Positions 51,383-64,000 of a stretch of DNA of 64,000 bases are shown in pieces. Positions within the stretch are counted from its first letter, which is position 1, and each line of letters starts with the position of its first letter. The stretch covers positions 4,278,001-4,342,000 of the forward strand of contig NW_027266268.1 in the NCBI RefSeq assembly GCF_022045235.1, written 5' to 3'. The notes beneath the pieces are model-generated. The model saw only the letters and a program-made list of their open reading frames with translations, did not search any database and was not told where the DNA came from. The translations under genes and the position numbers were made by a program. The stretch is from Haliotis cracherodii (Eukaryota).

Positions 51383-54300
51383 GGAAACCAATAGGTAGAC
51401 TCCTCTTTAATGCGATTTCAGCCATTTACTGTCATTTATGATCCTAAAAATGAAAATATGTGAGCATTAATATAATAACAAGAATTTATCTAAACAGGTC
51501 AAATGTTCATTGCAAGATTGTAATTTATGCCAATCACACTGCATGTGTGACCACATTCACCCATTTTGCCAAGAAACAGTTTCAGCACAGTATGCTATGG
51601 GCCAAATGTCTTGTCTTTTAAGGTTTAGGAGATTTCACCAGTCCTTCCTAAATTTTATTAGCCTCAGACTAACATGTTAATGTCTAACACTATTTTATCC
51701 CTTTAAATGACTCTTATTTCTTCGAACACTGCATGTTATAAATAGTATTCTCCTTCCCAGCTCCTGCCAGTTGCATAGTTTGTTGGCATCCATACAAACT
51801 AATAAATGTCATTAAGAGTTCATGGAGGAAGGGAGGTAACTCTAACTGTTAATTCTCCAGTACTGTTTACTGATGCTGAAAGGAACACTATGTTCTACAC
51901 ATTTGTTTATGTTATATATCTGTACACCGTGTTCTAACTTACAAGAGTGCTGGGGTCGTTGAGGTTTGCTGCTTAGTATTTGAATCTAGTGATCCCTAAA
52001 TGTTCAACATTCAACATTCAACATTAGGGTAATGACAGGGATCCCTTGAATTTCATTCTTAATTTCAAACACTGTGTACACATGACAAAACATTTCATGC
52101 ACACCTTCAGATACTCAATTTGGCAAATGTCAGGCCTTTTCAGCATATTCAAGCTAAATTACAACTTAGGCCCAAACATGAAACCTCTCTCTGCATACAC
52201 AACTGGTGCCTGGTCTTGTAAGCTGGCTATTCCAACATCCCCACAGACAAGAGTACTAATACTAATAGGATCCATTCTGCCCTTAGTTAGATTCCTACTT
52301 CAGACAAGCTTCCAACTTACCAATACATCCTGATGGTGTATCAAGGACATTTCTTTTTCCATAAAGTAGTTGCTATGATACATAATGCTGACTTCCCATT
52401 ACTATGATTACTTAACACTGAATGACACTGCAAACATTTAGCTAGATTGTGTGGTCATGGTGGTAAGGTCATTTCCTTCATCAAGATAATGTTCAAGATA
52501 ATCTATACCATGTATTCTTGGTACAACTGTGTCAGCCTATCAGTGCAATGATGAAACTGTATGTCCTTGGAATGCACTGTAACAGGTCATTGAACTTCCT
52601 ATGATTATCAATCACCATTACCCAGTTACTTGAGAGTCTGATCAGATTAATCAGACCATATCAGCTACCTTTCCAGTGAAGGAAACTAAACAGGGACCTT
52701 GAGGTTTACTGCTAAGGTATTTGCATCTAGGAACCCCTAAATCTTTTACTGTTAACAAGAATATGACAAGAACTCTTTGTGATAACGAACATGAATATGA
52801 AAGCATTACCTATCATGCCTATAGATGTGACATCCCTGGAAGAGGTACGATGAATGTCCTTTTGGGAAATGTTAAACTTTAAAGTTAAGAAAAACTATAA
52901 AATATTGCTTTGGAAATGATCAAACATATTCAAATGGCTGACAACTAGCCTCTTTTCTTTCTTACAGTAATCATGGTGATACACTTGCAAGTTTTGGACT
53001 TCTGGCATGGTCAAATATACCAATATGGTAGATATTTGTTTGTAATGTTTAATGTACCAGTACATACATCTCCTATGAAAATCAGTTTCTTGGGACAAAT
53101 ATTTGTTCAAATATAGGAAAAAGACCTCATGAAAAAATATAATATCAGCCTTTTCCACTTTGATATAAATTATAGAGAGATAATCTCTAACTCACTATCG
53201 ATCAATAATCAATAAATATTGGAAAAGTAACTTCACACAATTATGCGGGAAAGTCTCAAAAGAGATCAACATATTTCTCACCACTGGTGAGTGACACATT
53301 TATACATAGATTGTGTTTTGTACAATGTTGTAGATATTTGAGATATAACAAAAAAAGTTGCTTTCTGTCATCGACAATTGACATTATTAATAATAACAAT
53401 TTTATCACAATAGTTTATGTAAGTTATTATCGATGACAACAATTTCATATCAATAATCGTTAATAGTTTTTCCCATCAATGATAATTCCGATTTTTAATC
53501 AGTTTAGCCAGCCCTAATAATTTCTAACCCTGATACTGTAATCATGTTAATTATCCAGATCCTGTGGGCCAAAGAACGTCCTTATCCTACTGTTTCCTTT
53601 GGATAAACATTGTATCATTTTACCACTGATACTGCATGTGGCAGCAAGGTCATATCATACGTTCACCTCTGAACCATCTTTCAACTGCAGACTATTATAT
53701 AGATGCATTTGTCTGTGAGATGTCAACATGTTGCAAGTAGGGCTGTGTAATGGGAAAAAAAAAAAATCGATATTGCAAAATACTGCAATACAAGTACTGT
53801 ATAACATTATTTGTGAATGAATTTCAGTGTAGATGTTTGGTTAATTGATACAAATAATAAGGAAACTTATTATGTATTATTTACCCAATTTACTGGAACA
53901 CAGAAAATATATTGCAATGTGTATTGTTAAAAAGCCTACTTCAGTATACAGGTAATACCATGCAGTCCAAGTTGAAAGCAGGTTTAATCAATAATGTGAT
54001 GATCATAGGTAAAACAGGTACAATCATTGATAATGAAATACAAAATAAAATGAATAATTGCTGTCAGTTTATCCAATTTCCAGTGAATAATTTAATATCC
54101 ACTGTGTCACCTGATTTACAGAATGTCAGTGATCAGAGTAGAGATAGTAAGTGCGTGCACAGATACATTATACAATGACCGTACTATCAAGCTCTCAACC
54201 CTCCTCTGACATGCTACAATACAACCTACTGGTTAGCTGTGAGCAGCAGTATTACAGAGACCTACATCCCATCAGTCTGCCATGTTAGCAGAGCTCCAGA

Positions 54301-55099
54301 TGAGCTGCGTATTTGTGTAAAATACACACAATAAATCACAATTACCCAATTAATGTTGAGTTGTTTGCATACAAATATGCATGAACATTTCTAAAATGCA
54401 ACAGTATTACAAGACTCTGGGTGTAAAACGATACACCGATGCATCATGAGTTTTCATACGACAACACAATACATAATACGCTTTTTTCTGTATCGATAAA
54501 AGACAATATACTTGCAAAAATAACTTACTTACTTCTCTGACTGCAGCCCTCTCATTTCTGTCAGTCAAATATCACAAAATGTATTGTAATTAGTGTTTCA
54601 AGGTAACTACAACCAATACCTACATCAAACATGTCTACATGCTTTTCCCTTGGATCCTGCTCTGAAATATTCATCGTGAAGAAGATTCCACACGACTTGA
54701 CATGAATAACCGTATCACAATAGGCATCGTATGGAGACCTTGCTGTATTATTTCACCCTTCAACAGTCTGCATAGAAATACCCATGAGACTGGACCCAAA
54801 GGAGTAAAAATATACTAAATACCCAAAGAAAACAATCAATATCCAATGTGAAAGATAACTTGTGAGTAAATACTCAATGACTCAAAACATCTCCAGCCTG
54901 TCAACAATATTACAGAGGCCGTATCCCACCAGTCTGCCATACTAGTCAACAAAGAAACTTCATCTCACATCAAGGCAAGCTTTCTGATGGCTTATATTGT
55001 GTGCATCAATCTGTGCAGTGATGAGCTAAGGTCCCTACTGTCCATGTCTTCAAAGTTGTCCACTACCATGCAAGAACTATCCATCGTCAGCAGACTCTT

Positions 55100-55220
55100 G
55101 CGTGGATAGAAGCTCTTGATATCAATAACTGGATTGTCTGATCCAGACTCGATTATTTACCGACTGCCGCCATATAGCTGGAACATTGCGGAGTGTGGCG
55201 TAAAACAACAAACAAACTCT
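55100..55220 (+). mobile_element. SINE-like family A, 5'-truncated, plus orientation
   Basis: GGATTGTCTGATCCAGACTCGATTATTTAC...GCTGGAACATTGCGGAGTGTGGCGTAAAACAACAAACAAAC. Confidence 0.8.
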
Positions 55221-56577
55221 AACCAACCAGACACCTGTGATCCACAGTTGTTCTACATTCTTTACATGACCATCATGTAGTACTGGGGACCTGTCCCTAC
55301 GATACAACCAAACAGGCAGCCTTCAAGTAGGGCTTTCCTCCTACCAACAATATTTTGAAAGAGTTTATATCAGGTTCCGGCTGTATTTTCAGAGAGGCTT
55401 CAAACTCTAGTTGAAGGGCTATCACTGAGCATAAGATGACTGCAAAGGTTCTGCACCACAATCAACCAACCCATCACAATTAACCTAATCATTATGCTCA
55501 AACCAACTGCACTGAAAACAAATACTTATGAGATGAATTTTAGAACAGCAGGACATAAATACTCTATTCCTAAAGCACATTACCCCAAGATTACAAAAAG
55601 ACAACAGCCAGAATTCCTGACAGAATGCCTGATAACATGCTAGTCCACACCTGCACCTCAAGCTATTGAAAACACATCATTAACTAGTATAGAAATTGGG
55701 GCCAGGTTCAAAGTAAAAGCCAAACTGCCTAGCTATCAGAATGTCAATGGAACTAGCAGAAATTCCTCTTTCATGGAGTTTACTTTTATGCTGCTAACTC
55801 ATTATCTCAATCAACACATTTGTAAAAAATCACTTCTCAACTACTTACTAATAGAATGCATGCTAATTTTCTGTACTTTCAGTTGCGCTGAGCTTTTGAG
55901 CTTACACTGTAAAGAGAGCCAGACCTAAAAATCAAGTATCAACACAATGGCAGTTTGTGCTTAGCAGGTAAATATTGCGAATGAAGTCTATTTCTTGAAG
56001 GCTTCCAAATACTTTGAAAAGGAAAGATTCAACAGCAATAAAATCTGTGTATTTAGATCCAGCCACATATTCAAAACAAACAGCCTTTGTTTACTGATTG
56101 TCGTTCATACCAGTATTTGTTTAAATTACAATTTTGAATTGTGCTTGAGATTTGCAGATCCTGGAGTTTTAAATCTTTAAACTAATCCTGGCTTGTTTTA
56201 AGTTCTTTACCCATTTAAGTTCAATACTGGACTTTGGTGGAAGGATTATCACAAACCGTCCTGAAATATTCTTTGGTGTGGCAGACTCCTACTTTACTTT
56301 TTATTCTTTAAATCAACATTATTATCGTGAGTAACTAGGGGGGAAACGATACAGCAAGACCACGATACGATATGTATCATGATACATAGGTCACAACATG
56401 ATACAAAGGGATGCAACTCTGCACAGAAAATGGCAGCACCCTAGACCATGGAACCACCCAGCAACCTTGTATATATATTACAAATAAAAAACTTTAAAAA
56501 GGCAGAGACATACATATATGTCTATGCTTTAGTCGTAGTATCTATGTGCTGAGGGCTCTTTATGCAATATACATTAC

Positions 56578-56747
56578 ATATGACCATGAAGTAAGACGAG
56601 TTCTATGCGTCACTTGCTTGATAAAGGTGTTAGGATCTACACCGAAACGTCGCACTAATTGTAATAAAGAAGTTGTTCATCCATAGAACTCGTCTTACTT
56701 CATCACACCAACTTCTAAATGCCACTCAAAGAAGATATGACCATGAA
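56578..56747 (+). mobile_element. Short insertion resembling a Penelope-like-element terminus with a hammerhead-like motif
   Basis: 13-bp direct repeat ATATGACCATGAA at 56578-56590 and 56735-56747; perfect 22-bp inverted repeat at 56586-56607 and 56682-56703; core CTTGATAAA-GGTGT..ACACC-GAAACGTC followed by AATAAA. Confidence 0.7.
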
Positions 56748-58847
56748 ATCATGAAATTTTACAGCAACTGACTGAATAACAGACAAACTGGCTTTAGGCC
56801 TGTCCGGTACATGCACAAACACAAGTTCTGTGAAGCACCAGTCAGATGACACTGGAGCCGCGCGGAGAGAAGTGCACTTTATTGCTGTAACCACCTACAT
56901 GATGCAGTCTTGACTTCAAAATTTTGTCATCAGGAGAGTCCCATATATAACCCAGTCACCAGTCCGAAGCCAGTAACTATTTAATCGCCTTGTACTTGTC
57001 CACATACTACCTAGGATAAAAATATAATGCACAAAACATTATGTCAAAATCTAAGCACAGATTTTTCAGGAAGTCATCCAAAATGTCCAGGATAATTGTT
57101 TTTAAAATTTTGTAATGATATGGAAGAATGTCCAATCAAATGTTGATAAATGATTTGTCTCTTGTAAAATCCCTGCTCCATCTGTCTTGACTAACTTTTC
57201 TTTTTTTTTACTAAGTAGAGAGAGAGTTAACTGACCATGCTGACTAGTTTTCACACACGCTAGAAATTACTAGCGAAACATTATTTTGCCAGGGAACAAA
57301 TTTATCACTTGCCCACTCAACAAAAGCTACCTCCCTATATCTTTCAGGTCAGTTGCAATTTCCTATTAACAGTTCACCTCTTTTCTGTCATCTTTTGACG
57401 ACTGCTGAAACAAATAAGTTTTTTCTCTGTCACAATAGTAAACTACCCAAACTCAGGAAACTGTTACCACCCTCAGGATTGGTAACAATTACTGTTCACT
57501 GTTCAGAAGCTTGATGTCGATCAATACGTTTCGTTCCCTCCCTGCACAGGCCGACCACACCAACAGCTAAGCCAGACTAATTCCAGCTCCTGACCACCAT
57601 CTCAGTAATCTTACATCTTAGTTCTAATTACAGCAATATTTCCTCTTGTGCTCCTCCCTAGATTTGTTTGCACTGGGATTCTCCGGTCGCTCACACTGAC
57701 TCCAGGCCAAGACTTTCATCCCACCTTCCCTCCAACACCCAGCATTGTGTTTCACTGTCCAAGTTTACCTCTTGACCATGTTGACCAGCACATTGTCCTT
57801 GCCTCTTCACAATTTGATAACACAACTCCTGGTAGTGGTGTTTGTTATTTCCTTAACACTGAGTACAAAGCCAAATTCTTCAGCAATCAGTCTCAGATAT
57901 CTATAACACACATCGAAAAAGATCAAGATTTGTCTTGCTCCATTGCAGCTGTTAAGAGTATCAGTTTCATAAAAAGTAAGACTTGCAGTGTAAATTTGTT
58001 TTTTCAAATTTCAAGTCATTGTACAAATTTCAACCATCGAGAAAAGTTTGAGATAGGCCATGTTTCCTAATGAATCCAGTGATTTTGCTGGAAGCAAATG
58101 GCATCTGTACTTTGGCTGATGCATTCTCATTGATTGTCAACTTACTGCAAGTTGCCATGATTACACAGCAGTGTTCTGCACCCTACCTGGCATTCTGCCT
58201 CAAACTGTTCTGAAGTCAGCCTGAAACCAACTCGTTATGTACTTTTGTAGTAACACTTATTATAGGTTTATTACTTAATTGAATATGTATTCATGTTTGA
58301 TAATCTTAACATTTTCATGGACAGTGATTACTATAGGCATGATAGGGGTGTAATGAAATGTTATGTGATCTATCAATAACGTCATGATTAATATGTTACA
58401 CTATTGACAGTTTCGACTGATGTAATAAAATAAACACAACAATACTAGCAGTAATAGCAATTAATATTTAGTATTTTAACATTGATTTTTATCCAAGTAC
58501 ACCTGGTTTGTGGACAAATAATATAACCTTAATCTGACGATATATTCGGACTTACTCGCTACCTCCCTTAAACATGTTAAAACTTCCCCAGTATAACAGG
58601 GCTCCAAGTTCATATTTCTACTTACTTGTTTACTAAGTAAATATTTTAATTCACTAGCCAAAATGAAATTTAAGTGGCCATGCAAATTCACACTACCTCT
58701 TTTCCACACTTGCCAAGAGACAAGTGTTCTAAAATGTTTTGTTGGTTTCCCAAAATTTCACTCACAAATGCAACCAATTTACTCTCAACTTGGAGCTTTG
58801 GTATATCATTATATGTCATGCTTTGACTTGACATCTGGAATAAAGAC

Positions 58848-59014
58848 TGGAGTGAATGAGTTTGCTTTTACGCCGCTTTTAGCAATATTCCAGCAATATC
58901 ATGGCGGGGGACACCATAAATGGGCTTCACACATTGTACCCATGTCGGGATTCAATACCGGGTCTACAGCGTGACGAGCGAATGCTTTAACCACTTGGCT
59001 ACCCGACTGCCCTC
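58848..59014 (-). mobile_element. tRNA-derived SINE family B, full-length
   Basis: Reverse complement of the 19128 element with the complete tail; 9-bp TSD AATAAAGAC. Confidence 0.9.
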
Positions 59015-62000
59015 AATAAAGACCCGGGAACCTGCACTGCAATAAGTTATACACAGTATGGTGCTCATCATGATCCGATTGACTAATATTGGCAGTTGTA
59101 CTGGAATAGCCAATATGGGGACAGTGGGACAATATAGTTCCCCAGTATCACATGATTGTTGTAAGAGCCAAGTGATGAAGATTGGCTTGTTACATTGTGT
59201 GATCTGGATGGTTGTGTATTTATCATGCTCATGCTGTCAACCACTAGTTTGTCTGGCCCGGACTCTTTTACATGACACAACTGGAATACTTCAGACTTCA
59301 GTGTTCAACTATAGCAATATCATAATACAAACACACATTTAAATTACAGCTGGCATTTCAATGTCACAATGTGTGTCAAACGCTTTTGGATCTAACATTG
59401 TCTAATACACCAAACTTGTGCATCACATTCATCAGAATTTTATGTTAGAATTATTCATATGGACAATTACTAGTTGAGCTCATTAGACTGGACAGAATGT
59501 TACCAGACGTGGGCTTCAGACTATTGGATAAGTTGCAGAATGTGTTTAGGTTTTCAACAACAAAAACTGTTTAAGATCTTAAAGCTGTCAATGGCCAGTG
59601 TCACCTCCACTTTTCACACATTGGAACAGAAGGAACCAATTACTAATTTACTAATTATACAGCACTAGTGACGCTCTAACATTCACAGTGATGCCCTGTC
59701 ATTCAATACTTCCATGGCAGGTACTGACCCCTAATTCAGAAGCACTGCTGAAGTCCCATTTATACATATAATGCTAATCCTAGCACTGTCACAAGTAGGC
59801 TTTGTTTGTTTTCTGGCCTGAACTGTAGCAGGTCTTACTTGGATTTCACACAACTTCTACTGATCCTACAGATGTATGGCTGGGCTCACGACTGGGCATG
59901 TTCACATACCTTATGAATAATGAAGTTCTCATTGTAACAACCTGAAAATAATGAGTCCAAGTAAATACCCACTACTATTCAAGAATAAATAGGTCAGGAA
60001 TCACAGCACTAATGCTACACAAGTTAGTCCAGTAATGCATGTACAAATGTATTTTGTAAATAGTTGGCATGCCTATCTGTTATTATTACTCAGACAAAAT
60101 TTAAAGGTAAGGTTTCACCTCAAGCCAATATTGTTGAAAAGAGCTATATTCAAGATATTACAGGAGCTATTTGTAGTAACAAAAAATGAAATGAGTGATG
60201 TTGTAAATTATTGGTGGTCCATGAGTGAGTGAGTGAGTGAGTGAGTGAGTGAGTGAGTGATGGTGGGTGAAACATAAAGCTTTACACTGTTTTTAGCCAT
60301 AATCCTGCTATATCACAGAAGAGACACCAGAGATTAATTGGCTTCACACATTATACCAAAGAAGGAATCAACCCTGGCCTTCAAATGAGCTAACACTTTA
60401 ACCACAAAACTACCCCACCTCTATAAAATAATAATGAGATATGCTCATGACAGCACACGCAAGGTAAATTCATTAATTGGAAAAAATATGTAAATGAAAT
60501 CACAGGAAATGTACCTGTGTACACACAAGTTAAACAGATCCGATTTCAAGGCCTAATGCTGTTGCATTGTTTGCTGATGTGTGTCGTTGATGTGTTTGTG
60601 TTACAGAGTATAGTCAAATAATTGCTATTCTGTTCATTGGTATCTACAGGATTGATCATGTTGATACAGAGAAAGGGTACAGAAATTTTAAACAGTTCCC
60701 AAAACTAATATCCACTAACCAATGATCAAGCTTGAAAACCTTATAAACGGATGACTAGAATTTCCTTCTAAACTATCCCTGCTTTATACACACATCATGG
60801 ACAGATGCACAGGAAACATCTTTGTAGGAAAGGCACATTTCTAATATCCTAAGGAAGGATTAGTAAGTTTAATGATGAGCCAAGGTTAGAGACAAAAGTA
60901 CTGTACTTTTTGGCACATTTGCAGTGTTCGATATTAAGAATGAAAAATCATTGGGTTCTTGTCATAACCCTGATGTTAAAGTTTAATAATTGAGGGGATG
61001 CCTAGATGCAAACACAGCGTGAGCAACACAGGTCCCACCTTAATTTCTAACACTGACATGCATCTATTTTATGATAAAGAGACTATGAAATAAATCTTGT
61101 ATTGTGAGATCCTGACCAGTAGGACCAGATTCTGACCAGCCACATCAATGCAAGGATAGTCAATACCTCAGCAATTACTCAAGTTAATAGCACTTACTAA
61201 TGACAACTGACAAGACTAGACAAAACTAGGAAGGGCATCACAGGCTGCATAGGGCCATGAGGGGCAGATAAATGTGAAAATACTAAAATCATAATATCAA
61301 TAGGTTCAATATGTCCCCTCTGAGAATACATCCAGCTATGTTTAGGTTCAAGGCATCATTTTAGTACTCATTACATATGGGCTTTCATAAGCTAACCATA
61401 TTTGATTGACAGAAAGTTTTGTCTATGCAACTTAATCATGTTAATCCACTACTCCAAAGCCTGAGCCAAGTAAAATTCTATTTGGTTTTGCAAGCACGGA
61501 ATGCTCATCTAAGATTATTAAAACAATGTCTTCTAAAGGTGATGCCAACTGCTGCTGCACCATCTTATAACTGCATGTAACTGTATGCTCTACTGGTCTA
61601 GGACCTAAATCTTTACCGTTTAAGGAGCCCGGACTTTCATGCTTACCCCCGGTAGGTAAATTTGAGCACTGTGTACAATCATAAGACACCTGCTCCTTAA
61701 AATATTTTTAGGTATGCAATCACAGTATTCAACATGTTCAAAAGAAGTCAGTGCGGCGTTAAACAACAAACCAACAACAACCAGGTACGTCTTAAATCTT
61801 TCATTTATAACATTTTAGGACTGAATATGTACACTTTTAGAAGCAGTGCATGAAACAAACAAAAACGCCAGACTGCCATCAGGACCCAAAGACTTTAGAA
61901 GCTGCAGGCCCTGACTAAACACTTCAGGGTCTCATTTAAAGAAACTGAAGCTTATTGTGACAAATAAATAAATAAATAAATAAAAACTTACTGCAGGCCA

Positions 62001-64000
62001 TAAGGACCCATACACATATAGAACTACATGCCCACAGAAGATCTACCTGCTGCTGTCCTACGGGCGGGTGCTTGGTCCTATGGGCGGGTGCTAATTTCCA
62101 ACACTGCTCAGAAATAGTGACAGAAAAGGAACAACCCCTAACAAACTCCTCAGATATAACATAAACATGACAGAGCCCTCAGGGTGACAATTCTGAAGCA
62201 ACAAAGCTGGTATTTAACCCCTGCTCAATATAAGTTTATCTGACATGGAAAAGCTGAAGATCATTCTGATCTTCCACGATCAGAGTCAACTTCGATCCCA
62301 CTTTACGACAACATAGATGAGGCAGAGTTTACTGAGGCCATTAACTCCTGCCGACCTCCCTAGGTTGGCCGACAACATCTGACCACGGGCATGTTTTTCT
62401 GGACACCAAATGTTCTCGAGCTTCAGCACATAATCCACTTATCCTGACTCCAAGCCCTTCAGACAGGTACAACATAGGACAATGTGTTTTCCAGGTGCTA
62501 GAGCTGAGAGGTGTTAACAGTAATGGTCTAAACAAGAAGTTGGTGTTTTCCCCTCAAGTACTGATTCCCAGGAGATTCCACAAATACATGCAACTTGCTT
62601 CACTGCAATCAAGCAGTGTGTTTCCTTCATATCTATGTTACTGGGGACAAGGACCAGAAGCATCTATACTCAACTTGGAAGGGGATGAAAGCAACTTTGT
62701 CATTGGCAAAATAAATACCAGATGTCATCAGGTGTGCATGACAATAGACTAGAATGCCTGTCAACACAACCAAAATTAATACATACATCTACACAAGAAA
62801 AGACATCTCAGGCATTTATCATACAAGTTTCAGGTAGCCATTCAAGTCAAAACTGGGAGAAGGAGCATATGACTTAAACATGTTAAACAGGGTTAGAAAT
62901 TAAATTTAATATTTCACTAGTCCACAAATTATGATTTGCTACAAAGACAAGGATGATGCCTGTGAACATATGCATTGAGTTGCTGGCTTCTTAATGGTAC
63001 CTTGGCTGTCCACAAGGATGTGTCACTAGTCTGTCACTCCTACATGAAACTTACTAGCCTCGGACTAGTGGATGCAGGATTATTTTGAACCCTGCTTAAG
63101 CAGGGGGTCTTAAAACAAAGGGAAATTCCAAAAATTGTATGTATTTCCTAACAGAGAAATTGTGAGGTATTTCATTCACATGGTAGAATATGATTATCAA
63201 TACATTCATGATTCATGTACTTCCTTTTCAGTGAGATTGTTAAGATCAATCTTCATTTGACCATTGCATTACTGTGGCATTGTTGTCTTTTCAATGAGTT
63301 AGTGCTAATAGCTTGTTAAATGAAACACGTAGAAGTAATACGATGACTGCTGACAGGGCAGGAGTAAGGAGTGATACCATACATGAAATCAGATGCAGTT
63401 TTCAAATGCCCTTCAATCCAGTTTGTGAATGGTTTGAAAAGTTCTTTCTAAAAAATGAGTTCTTAATGTTGTAGTATTTGAGGTTCAGGTTAGCGTGTTA
63501 GCAGTCTGTAACTTTAGCCACTAGTCTGAAGCCTGAGACAATACATGCAGGCTAGAACTAAACTGAAAATCTTCACTAGCCCTTGTAATGTTAAAACACA
63601 GGGGAAACTGGGAAATTTGTACTTGCCTACAGGAATATTTTCTAGCCTAGGGAGCTAGGCTAGGGAGCTAGTTTTAAGTTCTAACCCTGTTATCAATAGG
63701 CGTCATATATATACTTTTGGGGTAAGTCAGGTCACCAATCATATTTTAGTCAAACCTCGACGTGCCCTAATACAGACTTGGGTTCTTCTTACCTGACAAA
63801 CTCTGACATGTGACAAAAGGTGGAATGTGTACTGATTGGGAGTACCGACACTGCCTGTCAACCCTTCAATCACCTGTCAATCAATACACTAACCATCACA
63901 CCCACTTCATCACCTGCCTGACAGTCGGCTGACCTGCACACTTACTTCTCTCTCAACTGAGGTCATATGCTTCAGTGAGGAAGTTCTTATTAACTTATTT

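Noticed and set aside
57500-57810. Possible decayed RTE-type LINE 3' end on the minus strand
   Set aside because: Only a vague compositional resemblance; no RT motif could be read through the stops.
1074-62752. Remaining 60-140 aa ORFs in the ORF track
   Set aside because: Lengths and composition are as expected for random AT-rich intron or SINE sequence; no nested protein-coding gene or transposase recognised.
62150-62760. Possible decayed coding sequence or pseudogene
   Set aside because: Short broken frames with no recognisable domain.

Overview
AT-rich, CpG-depleted animal genomic DNA. The SINE/MITE content suggests a mollusc, plausibly a gastropod such as abalone (inference). The window is almost entirely one minus-strand gene, an EVI5/EVI5L-family Rab-GAP (TBC domain plus long coiled coil). 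I reconstructed 19 coding exons by hand (ATG at 51382, stop at 3044-3046; 2568 nt, 855 aa). All have GT-AG boundaries and consistent phases, and the catalytic IxxDxxR and YxQG fingers are intact. Introns carry three SINE-like families that share one 3' tail, several MITE families and minisatellites. Most interesting unexplained signals: (1) a cluster of four tiny ATG-to-donor phase-1 cassettes in intron 2 that look like a variable first-exon array; (2) a candidate internal first exon giving a TBC-less coiled-coil isoform; (3) candidate alternative last exons, including a frame-preserving 33-bp minisatellite; (4) a ~157-bp insertion with a TSD, a perfect 22-bp inverted repeat and a hammerhead-ribozyme-like core; (5) an abundant SINE-like family whose 5' end can fold as an H-type pseudoknot with apparent covariation; (6) strong SINE orientation bias relative to the host gene. 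All isoform and RNA-structure claims are sequence-only predictions.
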